Below are positions 1-7,519 of a DNA stretch of 12,091 nt, piece by piece (within the stretch, counting starts at the first letter, position 1; each line of letters opens with the position of its first letter). The translations under genes and the position numbers were made by a program. Where the stretch lies: contig NW_021826712.1 of NCBI RefSeq assembly GCF_006345805.1, forward strand, positions 1 to 12,091. The letters run 5' to 3'. Below the pieces are notes generated by a model. It had not been told where the DNA came from, ran no database searches, and worked only from the letters and a program-made list of their open reading frames with translations. Origin of the DNA: Octopus sinensis (taxonomy: Eukaryota).

Positions 1-339
1 TTGTTTCAGATCTATTCGGTTTGGCTACCAGCATCAGTTTCTGTTCGAATTGATTTCATATTCCGTGTAATGATAGACTTTTATAGTCTAATGAATGACG
101 TGAAAATTATTTTCCATATAAACAAATAAATAAAGAGTTATTAGCAATTAAAGTTTGAAAATTTTGGGGTAAATTTAGCCAATCGTGAGCTACATTCATG
201 TCTGTTTCCGTAATAACAAGCCAAACATGAGAACTCTTTTGTCAACGTGTGTTGACAAATATATTCTACGCGATGCAACGTGCGTTGACCCTGTGTTCTG
301 GTGCTTGTACCCATCAGTGGCTTGTACCCTGGTCATGAG

Positions 340-394
340 ATGTGCTAAAAATAACAGCTAAATAGGCCTTAAATCAGATCCGCCCCCATTAAAA
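340..394 (+). repeat. Short fragment of the dispersed (AAC)n-tailed retroposon family seen at 5646-5835 and 7770-7960
   Basis: gatgtgctaaaaataacagctaaat resembles the reverse complement of atttagcagttacttctagcaggtc (5787-5811) and also resembles 4001-4062. Confidence 0.45.
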
Positions 395-744
395 GTTTTT
401 TGCATAATCGTATGAATTCTCCTGTGTAGAATACAAATTCGCGAAAATTTTCTGAAAATTCCAAATTAAAAAAAATTATGAGGTTTTATATGTCGTGCGT
501 TAAGCAGAGTTTGATTTGTTTACAATTTCATATAAAAATATGTGCTATTTTCGGAATGTTAACAACACAATTCCTGTTTCTTGACTGGGTGAATATAATC
601 AAACTTTGAATCTCTACATTTAAAAAAAAAAATTTTCTGAAATAAATCCAGCAATTCAGCTTGGAAACGTAAATTAATGTGCCAAATTTAAAACTTTTCG
701 ATAAACTTTAATTTTTGAAATGCTGGCAGCCAAACCAACTATTT

Positions 745-932
745 CTATCATTAGACTGCGGCCATGCTGAGGCACCACCTCCAAGAGTTTTTAGTCGAAT
801 GAATCCACTCCAGTACTATTCTTTTATTAAGCCTGGGGCTTATTCTATCGGTCACTTTATCAGTCACACACACACACACATTGTGGGGGGGGGGTCGGTC
901 CGAGGTTATAGTAGAAGACATTTGCTCAAAGT
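745..932 (-). mobile_element. Degenerate, internally deleted copy of composite tRNA-derived SINE (family A)
   Basis: The reverse complement of 894-931 matches ccttgggcaaatgtcttctactatagcctcaggccgg at 6474-6509. The reverse complement of about 752-850 matches the 3' module aataagtaccagg...attcattcgactaaaa...ggtgccccaggatggccgca at 6728-6816. Confidence 0.8.
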
Positions 933-1479
933 TGAGTAACGCTTCCACGCTTAGATTTGTAAGCTATGATAAGAATAACACTGGTCAACAGAGAATTTAT
1001 CTCAAGGAAAAGAATACCGGTATCTGGTATGTTTTGGCATGCAGAATTCAAAAATAATGTCAAATTATCTGTATCACCCACAGTTTCTCTGTTCCACGAT
1101 ATCCCTCTCAGTTCCTGTTATGTGGGCTAAATTTCAATTAAGCTGTTGAAATGTAAAGCTAACGGTTTAATAAATACTCCTAATTAAATTTTTTATGAAT
1201 AGAATTAACCTAGTAAAATCATAAATCCAGCTATTTGAGTCAATGAGTCCCAAAAATATAGGAAATGAAAAATATGTAAAAACACTAACACACAGAAAAA
1301 TCAAAGCAAAAGAATCTCGTGGTGTGAAGAATAAAGTGTGAAAAATCAACGCTAATACCATTCTATCTGTTGAATGGCTAAAATTACCCAAATAAAATAA
1401 TTGGTTGATCGTAACCAAAATTCAGAGTTGTATCGATAGACCAAAATTGAAAGCAATCTGAGCGAAATTAAGGAGGTGG

Positions 1480-1543
1480 GCTGATTTTGCGAAGGAGAAA
1501 GACTAGATCCAGCAAGAAGTCTTGAAATAATCTGAATAATGAC
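1480..1543 (+). mobile_element. 3' terminus of a CATA-tailed RLE LINE relative (diverged copy or partner SINE)
   Basis: gcaagaagtcttgaaataatctgaataatgac+(atac)n matches gcaagaaatcttcaaacaaaactgaataatgac+(atac)n at 7367-7398 and the equivalent end at 2288-2320. Confidence 0.7.
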
Positions 1544-1665
1544 ATACATACATACATGCATATATACATGCATACATACATACATACATACATACATACA
1601 TACATACATACATACATACATACATACATACATGCATACATACATACATACATACATACATACAT
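1543..1665 (+). repeat. (CATA)n microsatellite, about 30 units
   Basis: Direct reading; a few CATG/TATA variants. Confidence 0.98.
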
Positions 1666-2319
1666 CATAAAAGAAATAAGAAACCACAGTATGGTAGAAG
1701 CCATTGTCACTCATAATAAAAAGGAGTACTGGTGGAATGTCCCAGTGAAGATCTCAATAAAATGTAAGCACAACAGACCTGATATAATGATTTGGGATAG
1801 AGAAGAGAAACTGTGCACAAGTTGAGGAAATTAACTGCTCAGTGAATGTTAACATAAAACTGAAGATCAGTGGAAAAGAAAATACCTACGCTGAACTATC
1901 TGCAGTTACTCTATCCAGATTACAATTTCAGGTTTATACCTGTAATTACTGGAGCCTTGGGATATGTAACACACTGCCTAAATACCAATGTTGAGAAATT
2001 AGGCTTCTCAAAACCAGAAAAGAGGAAGCTAAATGGAAGACTACAGATCCAATCTGTCATTGGAACTGTAAAAATCTGTAATACTTTCCAGAAGTTTATC
2101 ATTTAAAAATATAAGAGCATGTCTATATATGCAACTACATGCATGAGAATACATACATAAAGCAAAACATACAAATCCACACATATACATACATGCATAC
2201 ATACAAACAAAAATACCCAGTTGTTGATGCTGAAATTCCAATGAAGGCGTTTTGGACCAAGGTTAGAAACCGGCTCTTTCTCTTTTGGCAAGAAATCTTG
2301 AAATAAAACTGAACAAGGA
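1666..2319 (+). mobile_element. 5'-truncated R4/Dong-like RLE non-LTR retrotransposon (CATA-associated family): endonuclease domain plus 3' UTR
   Basis: Frameshifted translation WWNVPVKISIKCKHNRPDIMIWDREEKLCT...LQLLYPDYNFRFIPVITGALGYV...LQIQSVIGTVKICNTFQKFII* (stop 2104-2106). RPD is the RLE catalytic motif, and IPVIxGALG is typical of the R4/Dong C-terminus. (CATA)n lies on both sides. Confidence 0.9.
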
Positions 2320-2544
2320 CATACATACATGCAAAACATTTACACACACATACACACAAAAAACTTACATGTAGGCATACATACATACACACACACATAA
2401 TACATACATACACACATAATACATACATACATACATACATACATACACACATAATACATACATACATACATACACACATATACATACATACATACACACA
2501 TACATACATACAATCATACATACATATATACATGCATACATAAT

Positions 2545-2575
<31 letters not shown>

Positions 2576-2941
2576 TACATACATACATACATACATACAC
2601 ACACAACACATAATACATACATATATACACACACACATATAATACATACATACATACATACATACATACATACATACACACACACCACATACATACATAC
2701 ATACATACATACATACACACAACACACATAATACATACATATATACACACACACATATAATACATACATACATACATACATACATACATACATACACACA
2801 CACACATAATACATACATATATACACACACACATATAATACATACATACATACATACATACATACATACACACACATATACATAAATACATACATATATA
2901 CACACACACATATAATACATACATACATACATACATACATT
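2320..2941 (+). repeat. Compound (CATA)n/(CA)n microsatellite with higher-order units
   Basis: The block atacatacatatatacacacacacatataatacatacatac recurs near 2613, 2731, 2809 and 2887. Confidence 0.95.
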
Positions 2942-3210
2942 ATTTCTTGTCTCATTCACACCCTGAACACAGTTATTAGTCTGTCAACGCCCTGCGGTCC
3001 GTCAAAAGGACACGCCAAAAATAACAAATGTTTTGGTGATTTCGCTCCGGCCTTTTTGACCTTTGACACAGCGCGACGCTAAAGAAACATGTAAAATGAC
3101 AGACGGACATACAGACAGACGGACGGACGGACACGGTTGTCAGACAAAACAACAAGTGTTATGATGACCACCGGAAATGTAATGAACGCCGCCGATATTT
3201 CACAGCCACA
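2941..3210. promoter_or_regulatory. Candidate cis-regulatory element (unique, CpG-containing, motif-dense)
   Basis: DR1-like TGACCTTTGACAC at 3057-3069, several TGACA/TGTCA sites (2982, 3064, 3097, 3137), ETS-like ACCGGAAAT at 3170-3178. Motif matches only. Confidence 0.35.
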
Positions 3211-3680
3211 TGAGGGAGAGGGTGCTGAGGGGGTGTGGGAAGAGGAGGTAAAGTGCGGGAGGCGTAGGGAGAGGAGGCGGAGGGAAGTAGTAGCAAGATT
3301 GGGAATGTGTGGGGGGAGGGGAGTTGAGAGGAAATTGCGAGAATGAAGTAGAAAGGGGTGAGGAGTTGGTTGATGGGTGGTGGTGGTGGTGGTGGTGATG
3401 ATAATGGAGGGGGATGCAGAGAAAAATGATGAGAGGTGCTGTAGGTGTGGGGGGGAGGAGTGACGGGTAATAGGTGAAGGGGTAGGAGGTAAAGGGGAGG
3501 TGCGAGAGAGATGCGGCAGGAGTAGGAAATAAACAACAACCCCGACCGCACCCCCAAAATCTGCCGCAGTTGTCTTTGGTAGGGGAAGACGGTGAGGGTT
3601 AGAGAGAAAAAAAGCACTGCCATAGTCTCCATCTACCCGTTTCGTCACCCGCTACCACCCCACACTCCCACCCCACCATG
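3211..3680 (+). other. G/purine-rich low-complexity tract with G-quadruplex potential, including a short (GGT)n
   Basis: Many G runs of 3 or more (e.g. 3301-3322, 3449-3500); the strand becomes C-rich near 3650-3686. Confidence 0.6.
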
Positions 3681-4000
3681 TCACCCAATTGGTAAATCCA
3701 TTAAAAGGTCAAATAGAGACAAATTTTTTTTTTAAAGAATGACCGAGTAGTTGAGGGAGGGAAGCGCAAAGGTGGGGGGAATAATTTCGCACCCTATAAA
3801 CACAGCCACACACACACTCGCGCGCGCGTGCGCGCAAACACATACACACATGCGTGCACGCACAAAAGCATGTACGCACGAACAACCGCCTAATTTTCAC
3901 GACTGTCTTTCAGATCCCGACAATAAGGGCAGAGATAAAGACCACTAACCACCGCCAACACCAGCACAATCCATCAAACCTATCTCTATGTGATTGCAAA

Positions 4001-4062
4001 GATCTGCTAAAAACAACAGCCAAGAACCTTGATATTTTTTGGTTATCTCACCCCCATTAAAA
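4001..4062 (+). repeat. Short fragment similar to 340-394
   Basis: gatctgctaaaaacaacagc...cccccattaaaa versus gatgtgctaaaaataacagc...cccccattaaaa. Confidence 0.45.
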
Positions 4063-4323
4063 ATTGGGTTATTTCCCTCGTTTTTCGAGAGACATCGGTA
4101 CTTTTGGTCATCTCCCTCATCTAAAAAAATGTTTAACCCTCAATTAAAAAAAATTTAATTAATAAGCATGAAAACGGAAAAAAATTAAACATCTTATTGA
4201 AATCTAATAACATTTTCATAACAAATCATAGCATATTTATTGAGCGGGGGGGGGGGGCAAAAGTCAACAATGTGTTGAAGTATTGAATCAAAAGGCTCCA
4301 ACTCTTTTAATCCAATCTCTTGT

Positions 4324-4640
4324 CAAAATCTTCTTGACTGTGTCGAGAACGATGAAAATTTTTTAAAAACTTTGCGTAGGTCTCTGAGCAGATATTGCCA
4401 AGCTTTATGCAAAATTTGATGCAGGTCCTCTGCTCAGCTTTCTCTATCATGGTCAATGCGACTATCAAACGCTACACACGTTCCTTCCAAGCACTGCTGT
4501 AAACAGCGTAAGGAAGCTAGAACGTTAAAACTTAGTGCGCATGCACAGCAGAGTTGAAGGTCAATCTGCACGAAGTGGCTTCACTCTCCGTGCTTTGTGA
4601 CTATAGCAACAGACCGAATACTTATTGATCAGACCACGTA
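4324..4640 (-). mobile_element. Rearranged mariner (Tc1/mariner) remnant: TIR, 5' UTR and transposase N-terminus on -, fused to an internal transposase fragment on +
   Basis: The - strand starts TA-cgtggtctgatcaataagtattcgg (mariner-type TIR, TA at 4639-4640). - strand 4450-4370 translates MIEKAEQRTCIKFCIKLGNICSETYAK (mariner N-terminal HTH). + strand 4324-4371 translates QNLLDCVENDENFLKT, the segment that normally precedes ITGDETW. Confidence 0.85.
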
Positions 4641-4724
4641 TATATGCATACATGTACGAAGAATCAAACTTTCTTTCCAAGTCATGTGACCCCGCCTCCA
4701 GACTTGACGCCGTTCCATCTCAGG

Positions 4725-4820
4725 ATTGCTTGTGAAATAAAGTGTCTTGTTCAAGAACACAGCGCATCATCCGGCCCAGGAATCAAAAGCACACTCTTAC
4801 GATCAGGAATTCGACCCGCT
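4725..4820 (-). mobile_element. Degenerate tRNA-related SINE fragment (a further family)
   Basis: The reverse complement gives a B-box-like ttttgattcctgggccgga followed by gtgttcttgaacaagacactttatttcac, a post-tRNA motif like the ccttgggcaagt segment of family A. Confidence 0.6.
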
Positions 4821-4823
4821 TTG

Positions 4824-4830
4824 ATATATG

Positions 4831-4872
<42 letters not shown>
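4824..4872. repeat. (TA)n microsatellite, left flank of the Penelope-like insertion
   Basis: Direct reading. Confidence 0.97.
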
Positions 4873-4876
<4 letters not shown>

Positions 4877-4957
4877 GTCCCGGGTTGAGTCGGGGTTAAC
4901 CACAGTAAATAAGGTACTCAATACATAGCAGAGTAAATTAATTTATTTTATAGAAGG

Positions 4958-5008
4958 AGCTTCTACAGGACTAGAACTGTTTCATTCCAATGAAATCATC
5001 AGGAAGCT
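4958..5008 (-). ncRNA. Minimal type I hammerhead ribozyme motif (mirror copy)
   Basis: The reverse complement reads agcttc-ctgatga-tttcattggaat-gaaa-cag-ttctagtc-ctg-ta-gaagct. It differs from the + copy only in loop 2. Confidence 0.85.
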
Positions 5009-5055
5009 TCCTGATGATTTCATTTGAATGAAACAGTTCTAGTCCTGTAGAAGCT
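5005..5055 (+). ncRNA. Minimal type I hammerhead ribozyme motif
   Basis: Stem I agcttc (5005-5010)/gaagct (5050-5055); CUGAUGA 5011-5017; stem II ttc-attt-gaa; GAAA 5030-5033; stem III acag/ctgt with loop ttctagtc; GUA triplet 5047-5049. Confidence 0.85.
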
Positions 5056-5067
5056 CCTTCTATAAAG

Positions 5068-5070
<3 letters not shown>

Positions 5071-5117
<47 letters not shown>

Positions 5118-5119
5118 TA
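5071..5119. repeat. (TA)n microsatellite
   Basis: Direct reading; corresponds to the internal TA tract of the adjacent family A SINE. Confidence 0.97.
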
Positions 5120-5284
5120 CGACGGGCTTCTTCCGGTTTCCGTCTACCAAATCCACTCACAAGGGGCTTTGGTCGTCCCACGGCTATAGCAGAAGACACC
5201 TGCCCAAGGTGCCGCGCAGTGAGACTGAACCCGGAACCATGTGGTTGGGAAGCAAACTTTTTACCACACAACCACACCCCCGCC
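5120..5284 (-). mobile_element. tRNA-derived SINE family A, 5' module
   Basis: The reverse complement aligns along its length with 6401-6560: A-box-like tggttgtgtggtaa, B-box-like gggttcagtct (5222-5232), ending gaagcccgtcg+(TA)n. Confidence 0.92.
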
Positions 5285-5395
5285 TCTGCGTACTTCTATG
5301 TTTTAACGATGATGCTATTCGATGAACATCTTTTTGCTATTTCTATGAGATGAAGATGCGCCTGGCATGCTTTTTGTAGTGATGTACTTTATTAC

Positions 5396-5600
5396 TGTTG
5401 TTGTTGCCCGCCCCTTGATAAACATTCAGTATCTCAAACGACCTATAATCCTCAGTATTCCAGCTTTGACCATCCTGTCCATTTTAATATTCTCAACTAC
5501 ACTATCCAACAATTCTTCAATTCTTCAATTTTTTTAAGATTGTACAACGTCATTTAACTACTATTTTCGGCTGATCAATCCATCAAATAGCGGCTTCCCC
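5396..5600 (-). mobile_element. Old copy of the (AAC)n-tailed short retroposon
   Basis: On +: (gtt)n, then acctataatc...attccagctttgaccatc...ttttttaaga...actattttc, collinear with 5646-5835 and 7770-7960. Confidence 0.55.
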
Positions 5601-5645
5601 TTTAAATATCGTTCTGGTGTTGCTGTTATTGTTGTTGTTGTTTAT

Positions 5646-5835
5646 GTTTATTCCCAGGCCAGCACTATCCAGTACTATTATGATCAAAGGCATTCCAACC
5701 GTGACCATTCTCGGTCTTTCGGCATATCCAAGACTAAATAACGCAATGCCCTGCGCTCTTTTTTAGGCATTATGGTGCGAACTGAGATTTAGCAGTTACT
5801 TCTAGCAGGTCAAGCGACCACGTAAGGCTTCGCTC
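5646..5835 (-). mobile_element. (AAC)n-tailed short retroposon copy
   Basis: Preceded on + by (gtt)n at 5617-5645. cccaggccagca...tatgatcaaaggcattccaaccgtgaccat...gatttagcagttacttctagcaggtcaagcgacc is homologous to 7770-7960. Confidence 0.7.
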
Positions 5836-6228
5836 TTTAACTCGTCCACCGGGGTTGGGTGGGGTGGAAGCTGGATGTCCATACAGGAGGGAAGGACTGT
5901 TTATATGTATATATGTTGAGTAGTGGTAATTATGTTGTACATAAAAACACGAGATGGATTTGGTGAGAGAGGGAGTTGAGAGGGGGGCGATTGTGACGAC
6001 AGTGAGTCGACGTCGAAGGGAGCGTATGTGCTATCACTGGTTGTACGTATGTATGTATGAATGTTGTTATGTATGCGCGTATGTGTGTATGAATGTTGTG
6101 TATGCTGGTCATATGTTCACAGACAGATGTGTTTATGCTGAAATATTTGAGAGACGCCATTTTGATACTGGCGGAAATGTGTGTGTAGCGGTGTGGTGCT
6201 GTGGTAGTAATGATGGTGATAGTTTGAA

Positions 6229-6250
6229 TGTGTGTGTGTGTGTGTGTGTG
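6229..6250. repeat. (TG)n microsatellite
   Basis: Direct reading. Confidence 0.95.
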
Positions 6251-6400
6251 TTAGTCCGTGTACATACACACATGTATGCGCAGACACACACATACACACG
6301 TGCGTGACTGTGTTTCAGAAGTTTTGAATCTATGATACTTTACGAAGTGATCATTTAAGATCTTTTTTTTGTCTTATAATTAATTACATTTAAAGGTAAA

Positions 6401-6850
6401 GGTAAGGAGTGTGTGTGGTAAGAAGCTTGCTTACCAACTATGTGGTTCTGGGTTCAGTCCCACTGCATGGCACCTTGGGCAAATGTCTTCTACTATAGCC
6501 TCAGGCCGGTTAAAGTCTTGTGAGTGGATTTGGTAGGTGGAAACTGAAAGAAGCCCATCGTGTATATGTATATATATATATGAATGTATTTATGTATGTA
6601 TTTATATATGTGTGTGTGTGTCTGTCTGTCTGTCTGTTTTTGTCCCACCACCACCACCACGGCTTGCTTATCAGTTTTAGTATGTTAACGTCTCCGTAAA
6701 TTAATGGTTCGGCAAAGACATCAAGAGAATAAGTACCAGGCGTTCAAAACTAAATGTACTGGAATCGATTCATTCGACTAAAAATTCTTCAAAGTGGTGC
6801 CCCAGGATGGCCGCAATCACATGACTGAAAGAGGTAAAAAAAATAAAAAG
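6401..6850 (+). mobile_element. Near full-length composite tRNA-derived SINE family A (tRNA head, internal TA/TG/TCTG microsatellite, 3' module, A-rich tail)
   Basis: A-box-like gtgtgtggtaa (6411-6421), B box ggttcagtcc (6451-6460), internal repeats 6561-6636, 3' module ending atgactgaaagaggtaaaaaaaataaaaag. Homologous to 5120-5284 and 745-932. Confidence 0.92.
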
Positions 6851-7083
6851 ATATATATAAAGAGAACACGTGTGTGTGGGTGTTGGTGTGTGTGGGGGTG
6901 AGTTTATATATTTTACTCTCTTTTCATACTTACGCCATATCCGAGGCCAACACTAGAATTGGATCCACGATTTAAAGTGGATTTGTAGCTCACAATATAT
7001 TGCCAACACGTGGCACCGTCATTGTCGTTTACCTTATTGTGAACTCTGTGCTATTTCACACCTAGCTAACTCTGCTTCCTACC

Positions 7084-7398
7084 TGTTGATTAGGCTTCTC
7101 AAAACCAGAAAGGAGAAAGGTTACAGATCCAATCCATCACTGGAGCTCTAAAAGTCTGTACAACTTTCCAGAAGTTTATCATTTAAGTATATTCATGAGC
7201 ATGTCTAGACATGCATGAGAAAGCATGCAGAAAACATATCTGCGCATCCACTGACTCGAAATATTGCACATATACTTGCATACATGCAAAAATACCTTTT
7301 TGACGCTGTTGAAATTCCAGTGAAGGACCTTGGATCTAGGTTAGAAACCGGTTCTTTCTCTGATGGCAAGAAATCTTCAAACAAAACTGAATAATGAC
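7084..7398 (+). mobile_element. Second, shorter 3' fragment of the CATA-associated RLE LINE
   Basis: ttaggcttctcaaaaccagaaa...tacagatccaatc...actttccagaagtttatcatttaa...aggttagaaaccgg...ggcaagaaatctt...aaaactgaa aligns with 1989-2320; followed by (CATA)n. Confidence 0.93.
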
Positions 7399-7519
7399 AT
7401 ACATACAAACATACATAAATGCACGCATGCATAATACATACATACATACATGGATGCATATATACATACATACATACATACATACATACATACATACATA
7501 CATACACACACACATACAT
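7398..7519 (+). repeat. Imperfect (CATA)n microsatellite
   Basis: Direct reading. Confidence 0.95.

Larger units (their letters stand above)
4873..5072. mobile_element. Penelope-like element remnant: inverted pseudo-LTR pair with a one-sided tail, within (TA)n
   Basis: Two 66-bp arms (4941-5006 and 5007-5072, 2 mismatches, no spacer, centre AAGCTT), each with a hammerhead motif. An unpaired extension at 4873-4940 continues the - strand copy. Confidence 0.7.

Noticed and set aside
395-720. AT-rich stretch resembling DNA-transposon internal sequence (also 960-1170)
   Set aside because: No TIRs, TSD, coding remnant or second copy is visible in the window.
2135-2959. Long - strand ORFs (274, 196 and 140 aa) rich in MYVC
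   Set aside because: They are translations of (TATG)n/(TG)n, which lack stop codons; there is no protein-like complexity.
3079-3648. 189-aa and 157-aa Pro/Ser/His-rich ORFs
   Set aside because: Overlapping frames are open because the C-rich strand has few stops; non-ATG starts and no recognisable domain.
4941-5072. Palindrome read as a pre-miRNA or a TA-targeting MITE
   Set aside because: It has no loop, a one-sided tail and no mariner-type TIR ends. The complete hammerhead core in each arm is better explained by an inverted Penelope-like repeat.
6401-6480. tRNA gene
   Set aside because: A/B boxes are present but there is no complete cloverleaf, and it continues into a SINE body found elsewhere in the window. 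The same holds for the family B heads.
6960-7015. Small hairpins atccac-N8-gtggat and tgcca-N5-tggca upstream of the second LINE copy
   Set aside because: Stems of 5-6 bp are expected by chance, and there is no homology to the LINE in either orientation.
7312-7378. Hammerhead-like layout in the CATA-LINE 3' UTR (cagtga...gacct/aggtt hairpin...gaaacc...ggca; also 2232-2298)
   Set aside because: Neither copy has CUGANGA (CAGUGA and CAAUGA instead), and no U is available to pair with A15.1 before a cleavage site. At most it is a 3' recognition stem-loop.
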